NCBI GenBank assembly: GCA_021845505.1
Contig: JAJZVU010000003.1
Coordinates: 90,813-114,812 of the forward strand
Length of the DNA: 24,000 bases
Direction: 5' to 3'
Source: Pseudomonadota bacterium
GTDB lineage: Bacteria > Pseudomonadota > Gammaproteobacteria > Burkholderiales > Burkholderiaceae_C
The notes under the pieces: model-generated
What the model was told of the DNA's origin: nothing
The model's input: the letters and a program-made list of their open reading frames with translations, nothing else
Database searches by the model: none
Shown: piece by piece, positions 1 through 8,558 of the stretch
Position numbering within the stretch: position 1 is the stretch's first letter
Layout: each line of letters begins with the position of its first letter
Position numbers and translations under genes: made by a program

Positions 1-53
1 CTGGGCCCGGGGCGCCGTCCGGCGCCGCTTCCGGGCCTCGCCGGGAAGTCGAA

Positions 54-1454
54 GTGCGCAGCCAGTCATCCAGTCATACCGCGTTGTTGTGGATCGTCGC
101 CGCAGGCTTTTTCATGCAGGCGCTGGACACGACCATTGTCAATACCGCGCTGCCGTCGATCGCACGCAGCCTGGGGGTGCAGCCGCTGGTGACCGAGTGG
201 GTCATCGTGTCCTACATCCTCACCATGGCCCTGCTCACCCCGGCGTCGGGGTGGCTCGCCGACCGCTTCGGTACCCGCCGCGTCTACCAGGCGGCGATCA
301 CCTTGTTCGTCGTCGGCTCTCTGAGCTGTGCCGGCGCGCATACCTTGCCGCAACTGGTGGCCGCGCGGGTCGTGCAGGGGCTGGGCGGCTCGATGCTGCT
401 GCCCATCGGCCGCCTGGCGGTGCTGCGCCGGGTCGGCGGCGAGCAGTTCGTCGCGGCGCTGGCGCTGATCTCGGTGGCCGGGCAGGTCGGGCCGATCGTC
501 GGCCCGACGCTCGGCGGCTGGTTCGTCGAGGCCATGTCGTGGCATTGGATCTTCCTGATCAACGTGCCGATCGGCGTCGCCGGCCTGCTGGCGGTGCAGC
601 GCTACCTGCCGCACGACAGCGCCAGCGCGACTCCGCCCTTCGACATCGTCGGCTGCACGCTGCTGTCGCTGGCGATGATCGCGCTGTCGCTGGCGGTCGA
701 CGCGCCGGTGCAGTCGCATCGCGCCGCCTGGTCGGCCGCGCTGTCCGGCGTCGGCGCGGCCGCCGCGCTGGCCTATCTGCCCTACGCCAGACACCGCCGC
801 CACCCGCTGTTCCGGCTCGGGCTGTTCGGCGAGCCCAACTTCGGCGTCGGGCTGCTGGGCAACCTGGTCTGCCGCGTCGGCTCCAGCGCGGTGCCCTTCC
901 TGCTGCCGCTGCTGCTGCAACTCGAGCTGGGCTACAGCCCGCTGCAATCGGGACTGATGATGCTGCCGGCGGCGCTGGCCGGCGTCGTGGCCAAGCGCTG
1001 GATCGCCCCGCTGGTGCAGCGCCACGGCTACGACGCCTTCCTGCGGGTCAACACCACGGTGGTCGGCGGCTCGATCGTCGGCTTCGCGTTCATCGGTCCG
1101 CACACTCCCCCGTGGCTGGCAATCGGGCTCCTCGCAGCGTTCGGCGCGTCGAACTCCATGCAGTTCGCTGCGATGAACAGCGTCACGCTGAAAGGCCTGT
1201 CGCACGCCGACGCGGGCAGCGGCAACAGCCTGTTCTCGATGGTGCAGATGCTGGCGATGAGCCTGGGGGTGTCGATCGGCGGCGCGCTGGTCAAGCTGTT
1301 CTCCGGGCCGTCCGGGCCCGAGTTGCTGGGCTTCCGCATGAGCTTTGCCTGTGTCGGGGTCATCGCGCTGGCCGCGGTGCTGGTCTTCCGCGGCATCGAC
1401 CGGGAACCCGGCGCGAGCCGCGCCCACGCCCCGGCAGCGGCGGCGGGCCGCTGA
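54..1454 (+). CDS. MFS transporter, DHA2/EmrB-like drug:H+ antiporter family
   Basis: 466-aa ORF. MFS N-terminal signature LWIVAAGFFMQALDTTIVNTALPSIA, loop motif GWLADRFGTRR, hydrophobic helices throughout. GTG start at 54; the frame stays open to the window edge, so the true start could lie upstream. Confidence 0.85.
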   Translation: MRSQSSSHTALLWIVAAGFFMQALDTTIVNTALPSIARSLGVQPLVTEWVIVSYILTMALLTPASGWLADRFGTRRVYQAAITLFVVGSLSCAGAHTLPQLVAARVVQGLGGSMLLPIGRLAVLRRVGGEQFVAALALISVAGQVGPIVGPTLGGWFVEAMSWHWIFLINVPIGVAGLLAVQRYLPHDSASATPPFDIVGCTLLSLAMIALSLAVDAPVQSHRAAWSAALSGVGAAAALAYLPYARHRRHPLFRLGLFGEPNFGVGLLGNLVCRVGSSAVPFLLPLLLQLELGYSPLQSGLMMLPAALAGVVAKRWIAPLVQRHGYDAFLRVNTTVVGGSIVGFAFIGPHTPPWLAIGLLAAFGASNSMQFAAMNSVTLKGLSHADAGSGNSLFSMVQMLAMSLGVSIGGALVKLFSGPSGPELLGFRMSFACVGVIALAAVLVFRGIDREPGASRAHAPAAAAGR

Positions 1455-1523
1455 GCACCTGGGTACCATGGGGTCAGCCGCGCGCCGCCCGGGCGCGCGC
1501 ACCGCTTGGCGGAGACCCGGCCC

Positions 1524-3137
1524 ATGAGCGTGCCCTTCGACTGGAGCAACCCCTACCCGACCATTCGCAGTCCGCTGATGGCGCGCAACGTGGTCGCGAC
1601 TTCGCAGCCGCTGGGCGCGCAGGCCGGGCTGCGCATGCTGCTGGCCGGGGGCAACGCGGTCGACGCGGCCATCGCGGCCGCGGCCGCGATGGCCATCGTC
1701 GAACCGGTGTCCAACGGGCTGGGCAGCGACCTGTTCGCCCTCGTCTGGGACGGCGAGCAACTGCTGGGGCTGAACGCCTCGGGAGTCGCGCCGGCGGCGT
1801 GGAGCCCCGAGTACTTCACGCGCCGCCACGGCGGTACGCTTCCGGTGCGCGGCTGGGACAGCGTGACCGTGCCGGGCGCGGTCGCCGGCTGGGTCGCGCT
1901 GTCGCGCCGCCTGGGTCGGCTGCCCTTCGAGGACCTGCTCGAGCCGGCCATCGAACTGGCCGAACGGGGCCACGCAGTGGGCTGCATCGTCGCCCGCAAA
2001 TGGGCGGCGCTGGTACCGCTGCTGCAGGACCAGCCCGGCTTCGCCGAGGCCTTCATGCCGCGCGGACGCGCCCCGCTGCCCGGCGAGCGCTTCGTGTTCG
2101 GCGATGCCGCGGCCACGCTGCGGCGGATCGCCCGCAGCGTGGGCGAGGACTTCTACCGCGGCGAACTCGCCGAGCGCATGGCCGCGCATTCCCGCGAGCA
2201 CGGCGGCGGCATGGCCTTGCAGGACCTCTGCGGCTACCAACCCGAGTGGGTGGAGCCGATCCGCAAGGACTACGCCGGCTACACGGTGCACGAGATCCCT
2301 CCCAACGGACAAGGCATCGCGGCGCTGATGGCGCTGGGCATGCTCGACAGCCTCGACCTCGGGCGCCATGCGGTCGACAGCGTGGAGTCGCAGCACCTGC
2401 AGATCGAGGCGATGAAACTGGCCTTCGCCGACACCTACCGCTGGGTCGCCGATGCGCGCGCGATGACCGAGGTGCGCGCTGCCGACCTGCTCGACGATGC
2501 CTACCTGGCCGCGCGCGCCGCGCGCATCGACCCCCGGCGCGCCGGCGACTTCGGCCCCGGCACGCCGCCGCGCGGGGGCACCATCTACCTCAGTGCCGCC
2601 GACGAGCGGGGCATGATGGTCAGCCTGATCCAGTCCAACTACATGGGTTTCGGCAGCGGCGTGGTCGTGCCCGGCACCGGGATCAGCCTGCAGAACCGCG
2701 GCCAGGGCTTCACGCTGCAAGCCGGGCATCCGAACCTGGTGCGCGGCGGGCAGCGGCCGTTCCACACCATCATCCCCGGTTTTGTCACCCGCCAGGGCAA
2801 GCCCTGCATGAGCTTCGGGGTGATGGGAGGCAACATGCAGCCGCAGGGGCACCTGCAGACCCTGGTGCGCATCCTCGCCAGCGCGCAACAGCCCCAGGCC
2901 GCCTGCGACGCGCCGCGCTGGAAGCTGGGCAAGGGCATGGCGCTGGACTGCGAGTCGACCATGGATGCGGCGCTGCTCGAGGGTCTGCGCGCGCTGGGCC
3001 ACCCGATCGCCCCGCAGCCCGACCCCTACATGGACTTCGGATCCGGTCAGTTCATCTGGAAGCTGTCGGACGACCCGCAGGACGGCTATGTCGCGGCCAG
3101 CGACTCGCGGCGCGACGGCCAGGCCGTCGGCTTCTGA
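1524..3137 (+). CDS. ggt: gamma-glutamyltransferase (gamma-glutamyltranspeptidase family)
   Basis: The ORF 1506-3137 starts at a TTG; I prefer the ATG at 1524 (MSVPFDW). GGT-like N-terminus ATSQPLGAQAGLRMLLAGGNAVDAAIAAAAAM and an autoprocessing-type Thr in PPRGGTIYLSAAD. C-terminal FGVMGGNMQPQGHLQ is typical of the small subunit. Confidence 0.9.
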   Translation: MSVPFDWSNPYPTIRSPLMARNVVATSQPLGAQAGLRMLLAGGNAVDAAIAAAAAMAIVEPVSNGLGSDLFALVWDGEQLLGLNASGVAPAAWSPEYFTRRHGGTLPVRGWDSVTVPGAVAGWVALSRRLGRLPFEDLLEPAIELAERGHAVGCIVARKWAALVPLLQDQPGFAEAFMPRGRAPLPGERFVFGDAAATLRRIARSVGEDFYRGELAERMAAHSREHGGGMALQDLCGYQPEWVEPIRKDYAGYTVHEIPPNGQGIAALMALGMLDSLDLGRHAVDSVESQHLQIEAMKLAFADTYRWVADARAMTEVRAADLLDDAYLAARAARIDPRRAGDFGPGTPPRGGTIYLSAADERGMMVSLIQSNYMGFGSGVVVPGTGISLQNRGQGFTLQAGHPNLVRGGQRPFHTIIPGFVTRQGKPCMSFGVMGGNMQPQGHLQTLVRILASAQQPQAACDAPRWKLGKGMALDCESTMDAALLEGLRALGHPIAPQPDPYMDFGSGQFIWKLSDDPQDGYVAASDSRRDGQAVGF

Positions 3138-3177
3138 TGCCCGGCGCTCCTTCGGCAGGCCCGCAGGTCCCGCTGCG

Positions 3178-4149
3178 ATGAACCCTCTGCCCGACCTGCA
3201 GTCCCTGGAAGCGGCCGCCGCGCTGGTGTACCAGGCGATGCCCGCGACCCCGCAATACGCCTGGCCGCTGCTGCAGGGCCGGGTCGGCGCCGAGCTGTGG
3301 GTCAAGCACGAGAACCACACCCCGACCGGGGCCTTCAAGGTGCGCGGAGGCCTGACCTACTTCGACGCACTGCGTCGGCGCGAGCCCGGCTGCACCGGGG
3401 TGATCTCGGCGACCCGCGGCAATCACGGCCAGAGCGTGGGCTTCGCGGCGCGCCGCCACGGCCTGCGGGCGACCATCGTCGTGCCCCACGGCAACAGCCG
3501 CGAGAAAAACGCCGCGATGCGCGCCTACGGGGTCGACCTGGTCGAGCACGGCGAGGACTTCCAGGAGGCGCGCGAACACGCCGGGAAGCTGGCGCGCAGC
3601 GAAGGCCTGCACATGATCCCGTCGTTCCACGAAGACCTGGTGCGTGGGGTCGCCAGCTACTGGCTGGAACTGCTGCGCGCGGTGCCCGGGCTGGACGTCG
3701 TGGTCGTTCCGGTGGGTCAGGGCTCGGGGATCTGCGCGGCGGTCGCGGCGCGCGAGGCGCTGGGGCTGCGCACCCGGGTCGTCGGCGTCGTATCGGCGCA
3801 TGCCGACGCCTATGCGCGCGCCTTCGAGAGCCGGCGCATCGAGGCCGTCGCGGCGCGCACCCGGATCGCCGACGGCATGGCGTGTCGCCTGCCCGACGAG
3901 CAGGCGATGGACATCATCTGGCGCCACGTCGAGGACATCGTGCGGGTCGACGACGACGCGGTACAGCAGGCGATGCGCCTGTACTACACCGCCACCCACA
4001 ACCTGGCCGAGGGGGCCGGAGCCGCCGGGCTGGCCGGCGCGCTGGCGCTGCGCGAGCGCCTGCGCGGCCTGCGCGTGGCGGTGGTGCTCAGCGGCGCCAA
4101 CGTCGACCTCGACCTGTTCGGCGACGCGGTGCAGCGGGCCGCGGGCTGA
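3178..4149 (+). CDS. PLP-dependent threonine/serine dehydratase-family enzyme (fold-type II, PALP)
   Basis: ATG at 3178 inside ORF 2965-4149; the upstream part overlaps ggt and is low complexity. PLP-lysine motif HENHTPTGAFKVRG, SATRGNHGQSVG, glycine loop PVGQGSGICA. Confidence 0.85.
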   Translation: MNPLPDLQSLEAAAALVYQAMPATPQYAWPLLQGRVGAELWVKHENHTPTGAFKVRGGLTYFDALRRREPGCTGVISATRGNHGQSVGFAARRHGLRATIVVPHGNSREKNAAMRAYGVDLVEHGEDFQEAREHAGKLARSEGLHMIPSFHEDLVRGVASYWLELLRAVPGLDVVVVPVGQGSGICAAVAAREALGLRTRVVGVVSAHADAYARAFESRRIEAVAARTRIADGMACRLPDEQAMDIIWRHVEDIVRVDDDAVQQAMRLYYTATHNLAEGAGAAGLAGALALRERLRGLRVAVVLSGANVDLDLFGDAVQRAAG

Positions 4150-4226
4150 ACGACCGGCCGCGGCGGCCGCCGTTCGGCGCGCCCGCGAAATCCCGCGCGA
4201 AGTCCCGCGCGATGTCGTTCCCGCCG

Positions 4227-5348
4227 TCAGGCGCCGACCCCGCGCAGCGCGGCGTCGAGGTCCTTCCACAGGTCCTCCACGTCCTCGATGCCCACGCTCA
4301 GCCGCAGCAGCGAGGGCGGCAGGTGCTGCTGCCCGGACAGCGCCGCGCGGCGCTCGATGGTGGATTCGACGGCCCCCAGGCTGGTGGCGTGGCGGATCAG
4401 CCCGAGGCCGCGGCAGACGGCCTCGGCCGCGGCGGCATCGCCCCGCACGTCGAAGGAGATGATCGTGCCGTAACCCTTGAGCACCCGCCTGGCCGTGGCG
4501 TGGGTCGGGTGCGAAGGCAGGCCCGGGTAGCGCGTCAGCTGCACGCCGGGATGCCCGTGCAGCCGCTGCGCCAGGATCATCGCCGACTCCTGCGCCCGCT
4601 GCAGCCGCAGAGCCATGGTCCTGGCGCCCCGCACGGCCAGGAAGGCCTCCAGCGCGCCCGGCGTGGCTCCGTGGATCTCGCGGGACCTCCTCAATGCGTG
4701 CCAGAAGGCCTCGTCCCGGGTCGTCGCGACGCCGGCAAGCAGGTCGGAATGCCCGCCGATGAACTTGGTCGCCGACTGCAGCGAGACCGTCGCGCCCAAG
4801 TCCAGCGGCCGCTGGTTCAGCGGCGTCGCGAAGGTGTTGTCGACCGCCACGATGGTGCCGCGCCGGCGCGGCGCGCTGACGATCGCCTCCAGGTCCGCCA
4901 CGCCCAGCAAGGGGTTCGACGGCGACTCCACCCACACCAGGTCGGCCGTGCGGCAGGCGTCGATCCAGCCCGCGGTGTCGGACAGCGCCAGCCGGCGCAC
5001 CGACCAGCGCCCGCGCTGCGCGCCGGCCTCGACCAGGCCGCACACCCCTTGATAGCAGTCGTCGGGCAACACCACGGCGGCGCCGGCAGGCAGCTGGTCG
5101 AACACCGCGGCGATGGCTGCCATCCCCGAGCCGAAGGCCACTGCCCGCCCCGACTCCAGGCCGCCGACCACTTCCTCCAGCGCTTCCCAGGTCGGCGTCC
5201 CGTCGTCGCGCGCATAGTGGCGCCCCTGCCCGATGAGGAAGTTCGATGCCGGGACCAGCGGCACGTTCAGCGGGGCGCCAGGCCGCGAGGGGCGGCCTGC
5301 GGTGACCAGCCACGATGCGAGCTGGAGGTCGGTGGGTCGGGTCGTCAT
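4227..5348 (-). CDS. Cys/Met-metabolism PLP enzyme (cystathionine gamma-synthase/lyase family)
   Basis: 373-aa ORF. PLP-lysine motif SATKFIGGHSDLLAG, ESPSNPLL, VDNTFATP, C-terminal LLRLSVGIEDVEDLWKDL are all hallmarks of the trans-sulfuration family. Confidence 0.85.
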   Translation of the reverse strand: MTTRPTDLQLASWLVTAGRPSRPGAPLNVPLVPASNFLIGQGRHYARDDGTPTWEALEEVVGGLESGRAVAFGSGMAAIAAVFDQLPAGAAVVLPDDCYQGVCGLVEAGAQRGRWSVRRLALSDTAGWIDACRTADLVWVESPSNPLLGVADLEAIVSAPRRRGTIVAVDNTFATPLNQRPLDLGATVSLQSATKFIGGHSDLLAGVATTRDEAFWHALRRSREIHGATPGALEAFLAVRGARTMALRLQRAQESAMILAQRLHGHPGVQLTRYPGLPSHPTHATARRVLKGYGTIISFDVRGDAAAAEAVCRGLGLIRHATSLGAVESTIERRAALSGQQHLPPSLLRLSVGIEDVEDLWKDLDAALRGVGA

Positions 5349-5463
5349 GTCGATGCCTTCGGGATGCGCCGCCGCGGGAGCGAGCGGCCAACCAGGGCAG
5401 TCTAGTGTCCTGTCCCGCCGGCTCGATCGTCCTGCGCCCGGGCCTGCCGGCCGGCGCGGCTGG

Positions 5464-6012
5464 TCAGCCGACCCAGCTCACCTGCGCGGCGCGGCGCGGC
5501 GGGGGATGGGCCACCCCGCGCGGATGTCCGACGGCGATCGGCGCGACGACCACCTGCTCGTCGGGCAGCTGCAGCAGGCCCTTGCCCTCGGCGGTGTTGA
5601 GATAGGCCTGCGCCAGGCCGATCCAGCAGCTCCCCAGGCCGACCCCGTAGGCCGCCAGCATCAGGTTCTGCGCGGCCAGCGCACAGTCCTCGACCATCCA
5701 CGGCGTGTCGCGCCTGGCGGAAATCGCGATCAGCACCGGCGCGTGATAGAAGACGTGGAAACCGGGGTCGTCCAGCCGCTGCCGCAGCTCCACCACCGAC
5801 TCGGTCTGCAACCTGTGCGTCCTGGCCGCGCCCGAGATGCGATCGAGCAGCGAGCGGTCGCGCACCACCGCGAAGTGCCAGGGTTGCCGATCGATCGCGC
5901 TGGGCGCCTGGATGGCCGCCTCGATCAAGGCCGTGATCGTGGCGTCGCCCACCGCCTCGGAGGTGTAGTCGCGCACCGCGCGCCGGCCCCTGATCGCGTC
6001 GAATAGTTCCAT
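5464..6012 (-). CDS. nitroreductase-family oxidoreductase
   Basis: Start taken at MELFDAIRGRRAVRDYT (start codon complement at 6010-6012) within ORF 5464-6246. RRAVRDY, QAPSAIDRQPWHF and CALAAQNLMLAAYGVGLGSCW are nitroreductase-fold motifs. The 78 codons upstream are Arg-rich junk. Confidence 0.8.
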   Translation of the reverse strand: MELFDAIRGRRAVRDYTSEAVGDATITALIEAAIQAPSAIDRQPWHFAVVRDRSLLDRISGAARTHRLQTESVVELRQRLDDPGFHVFYHAPVLIAISARRDTPWMVEDCALAAQNLMLAAYGVGLGSCWIGLAQAYLNTAEGKGLLQLPDEQVVVAPIAVGHPRGVAHPPPRRAAQVSWVG

Positions 6013-6260
6013 GCCGCTGCCCTCCCCGCGCCGGCCCGGGCGGGCTGCTCGCGCCCGCCCCCGCATGCCGGCCATCAGTATGCTGCGGCAGGTGGCGCGT
6101 GGAGTGGCTGCGCGCGACGTCCCCATGGTCTGGATCAACCCGTACGCGCGGCGGCCGACGACGAAAGCGCTGCGCTCGCGCCGGATAGTTGATCCCGGCA
6201 AAGGAAATCCCCGGCTGGGCTGCCTACGATGGGCCATCGGCAGCAAAGGGAGAATTGGCC

Positions 6261-6824
6261 GTGCGACTCGCGCGCGTGATGCTGGCGCTCTGGGCTTCGA
6301 GCCTGGTGGCCGCCTGCTCGTCGATGTTGCCTCACGGCCAGGCCCATACCGACCGGCCGTGGGGCAGCTACGAGCAGGCCAGGCAGGCCTATGTGTCGAT
6401 CGAGCCCGGCCGAACGACCTTCGCCGAGCTGCGCGCCGCCGGTCTCGACCCGACGGCGATTCCCAATGTCAAGCTGCTGAGCTACTCCGACCTGCTGCGC
6501 CGCCTGGTGCCTCCGACCGCCGACATCAGGCTGGATCCGGGAATCCGCGAATGCCTGAACGCCCAGCGCGAGTGCGAGGGCTTCGAGGTCGTGGAGAACC
6601 ATGTCACCCAACAGCGAGTCGGGAACTTCCTGATGGACTTCCTCGACTTCCGCCGCGAGACCCACACCACCGGCTGGAACTTCGACATGGTCGTGCTGGT
6701 GGCTCGCGGTCGCGTGGTCTACAAGACCTGGAGCGGCGAGCCGACCGTGTCGCGGGATTCGTCGACCCGCAACCCGCTCGGCCCGCTGCAGGGATTCGGC
6801 GCCAGCGGGCTGGGTCGGTTCTAG
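6261..6824 (+). CDS. hypothetical lipoprotein
   Basis: GTG at 6261 preceded by AGGGAG (6248-6253). Signal plus lipobox VRLARVMLALWASSLVAAC. No family recognised. The codon pattern looks genuine and not Arg/Ala/Pro-skewed. Confidence 0.6.
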   Translation: MRLARVMLALWASSLVAACSSMLPHGQAHTDRPWGSYEQARQAYVSIEPGRTTFAELRAAGLDPTAIPNVKLLSYSDLLRRLVPPTADIRLDPGIRECLNAQRECEGFEVVENHVTQQRVGNFLMDFLDFRRETHTTGWNFDMVVLVARGRVVYKTWSGEPTVSRDSSTRNPLGPLQGFGASGLGRF

Positions 6825-6867
6825 TCCGCCAGGGACCCCCGGGGCCGGGTCGCGCCGCCGCAACGCG

Positions 6868-8268
6868 CTACCGCGGCGCCTCGTCGCCCGCGTCGTGGCG
6901 GGGCTGCGCGCCCGCCATGCCGTGGCGCTCCATCATGCGGTACAGCGTGGCGCGCGACACCCCGAGGTCGCGCGCCGCCCGCGCCACGACGTGGCCGTTG
7001 CGCTCCAGCGCCGCGTGGATGGCGTCGCTGGTGGCACGACCGAGCGCGGCGTCCAGCCCGCCGCGGGCAGGCGCGGCCCGACCCTCCACGCCCTCCAGGC
7101 CGAGGTCGGCGACTCCGATGCGGCCACTCTCGCACAGCACGATGGCGCGCCGCACCCGGTTGATGAGCTCGCGGATGTTGCCGGGCCATTCGTGCGCCAG
7201 CAGGGCGTTGCGCGCGCCCTCGTCGAAGCCGCCGATCGGGTGCCGCGCCTCGCCCCGGTAGCGCTGCAGCGCGTACTGCGCGAGCAGCAGCACGTCGTCG
7301 CCGCGCTCGCGCAGCGCCGGCACCTGCAGCTCGATGACACACAGCCGGTGGTACAGGTCGGTACGGAAGCGCGCGGCGCGCTGGGCCTGCAGCAGGTCGA
7401 CATGGGTGGCGGACAGGATGCGCAGGTCCACCGCGATCGGACTGTGTCCGCCCAGGCGCTCGATCTGCCCTTCCTGCAGGAAGCGCAGCAGCCCGACCTG
7501 GGCATCGAGCGGAAGGTCGCCGATTTCGTCGAGCAGCAAGGTGCCGCCGTCGGCCGCCTCGATACGCCCGATGCGGCGCTGCCCGGCTCCGGTGAAAGCG
7601 CCCTTTTCGTGGCCGAACAGCTCGGACTGCAACAAGTGCGGGGGCACCGCGCCGCAATTGATCGCGACAAAGGGCTTGTCGCGCCGCGCCGACAGCCGGT
7701 GGATCGCGCGCGCCACCATCTCCTTGCCGACCCCGGTCTCGCCGGTGATCAGCACGGCGGCGTCGGTCGCCGCCACCCGCTCGAGTTGCGCGCCGAGCCG
7801 CTGCATCACGGCGCTGGCCCCGACCAGTTCGCCGGCCGCGCCCGCGCGGGGCGCGGCCGGCTCGCCGCCCACCTGCTCGAGCAGCCGCAGCCGGCGCTGC
7901 AGGCTGTCCAGCGAAAGCTTCAGCACGTCCTCGCAGACGGGGTCGCGCAAGGTGTCGATGCAATAGCGCAGCGAGAGTTCGGCCAGTTCGTCGAGCTGCC
8001 CGGCCGCGCCGCCCTGCACGCACAGGCCGCGGATGCGAGGCTGCGCCAGCTCGGCGCCCAGCGCGCGCAGCACCGCCGGGTCGTCGACCTCGCGCAGGTC
8101 CAGCAGCACGCCGCACACCCGCTGCGGATGTTCGCGCAACGCCTGGCGCAGCGCCGGCAGGTCCGGTGCCTCCCGCAACGCGAAACCCGCGCCGCGGATC
8201 GCGGCTCGCCAGGCCGGGCAAGCCGGCGCTCCAAACAGCATCAGGCGCATCGGATCGCCCTCGGACAT
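6868..8268 (-). CDS. sigma-54-dependent transcriptional activator (bacterial enhancer-binding protein, Fis-type HTH) with degenerate N-terminal receiver-like domain
   Basis: AAA+ core with Walker A GETGVGKE, sigma-54 contact loop GAFTGA (HEKGAFTGAG), Walker B LLLDEIGD, WPGNIRELIN. C-terminal HTH GVSRATLYRMMERHGM. Start ambiguous: ATG codons end at 8274, 8268 or 8250. GGGAGG (complement of 8276-8281) gives the best spacing for 8268. Confidence 0.9.
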   Translation of the reverse strand: MSEGDPMRLMLFGAPACPAWRAAIRGAGFALREAPDLPALRQALREHPQRVCGVLLDLREVDDPAVLRALGAELAQPRIRGLCVQGGAAGQLDELAELSLRYCIDTLRDPVCEDVLKLSLDSLQRRLRLLEQVGGEPAAPRAGAAGELVGASAVMQRLGAQLERVAATDAAVLITGETGVGKEMVARAIHRLSARRDKPFVAINCGAVPPHLLQSELFGHEKGAFTGAGQRRIGRIEAADGGTLLLDEIGDLPLDAQVGLLRFLQEGQIERLGGHSPIAVDLRILSATHVDLLQAQRAARFRTDLYHRLCVIELQVPALRERGDDVLLLAQYALQRYRGEARHPIGGFDEGARNALLAHEWPGNIRELINRVRRAIVLCESGRIGVADLGLEGVEGRAAPARGGLDAALGRATSDAIHAALERNGHVVARAARDLGVSRATLYRMMERHGMAGAQPRHDAGDEAPR

Positions 8269-8378
8269 TGGCATGCCTCCCGCAAGGCCACGACAAACAG
8301 CGTGGCATGACGGGGATTGTGGAAGCGCCAGAGCTCCGACTTCCCTGATCCATCGCAGCATCGCCGACCGCGGACGGA

Positions 8379-8429
8379 TGTCGCAGCGTCGACACAGCGT
8401 ACGCCGGGGTGTCTCGGCGCCGCGACACC
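8379..8429. promoter_or_regulatory. candidate upstream activator sites (two dyads) for the adjacent enhancer-binding protein
   Basis: TGTC-N8-GACA at 8379-8394 and the near-perfect 22-bp palindrome GGTGTCtcGGCGCCgcGACACC at 8408-8429. Centres are about 32 bp apart, and about 119 and 87 bp upstream of the -24 GG. Function is inferred from position only. Confidence 0.3.
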
Positions 8430-8503
8430 CTGGCACTGCGCCCTGTCCGGCGAGGGTCGGCAAAACCCAATGGTGACAAAGCGTTACGAAGCGCATCGAA
8501 ACG

Positions 8504-8519
8504 TGGCACGGAATTCGCA
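8504..8519 (+). promoter_or_regulatory. sigma-54 (-24/-12) promoter of the fap-like operon
   Basis: TGGCACG-GAAT-TCGCA versus consensus TGGCACG-N4-TTGCW. GG (8505-8506) and GC (8517-8518) are separated by exactly 10 nt. It lies 40 nt upstream of the ATG at 8559 and is divergent from a sigma-54 activator gene. Confidence 0.65.
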
Positions 8520-8558
8520 AGATCCCCGCTGCGAACCATGCCGCCCAACGGAACCGAA

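Noticed and set aside
1479-1499. GC-rich hairpin (8-bp stem CGCGCGCC/GGCGCGCG, 5-nt loop) between the MFS and ggt genes; similar stems at 19087-19102 and 21000-21026 in convergent gaps
   Set aside because: No U-tract follows any of them. In DNA this GC-rich, such short palindromes arise by chance. They may act as terminators or mRNA stabilisers, but the sequence alone does not support that call.
66-3338. 1090-aa minus-strand ORF and the overlapping 1030-aa plus-strand ORF (89-3181)
   Set aside because: Both are extremely Arg/Ala/Gly/Pro-rich with no motifs. They overlap the MFS and GGT ORFs, which carry clear family signatures. These are classic off-frame or antisense shadow ORFs of >70% GC DNA, where stop codons are rare.
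4183-4212. Direct repeat TCCCGCGCGA x2 (12-bp period) in the convergent gap between the dehydratase and trans-sulfuration genes
   Set aside because: Only two short copies of a CG-rich word. There is no dyad with a U-tract and no similarity to other intergenic regions in the window, so it cannot be distinguished from chance.
3052-5405. 779-aa (minus) and 702-aa (plus) ORFs spanning the dehydratase and trans-sulfuration genes
   Set aside because: Same shadow-ORF composition. The alternative frames contain PLP-enzyme motifs (GAFKVRG; SATKFIGGHSD).
8431-8446. Second TGGCAC hexamer upstream of the amyloid operon
   Set aside because: The dinucleotide 10 nt after the GG is TG, not GC (TGGCACtgcgccctGT), so it fails the -24/-12 spacing rule. 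The site at 8504-8519 fits much better.
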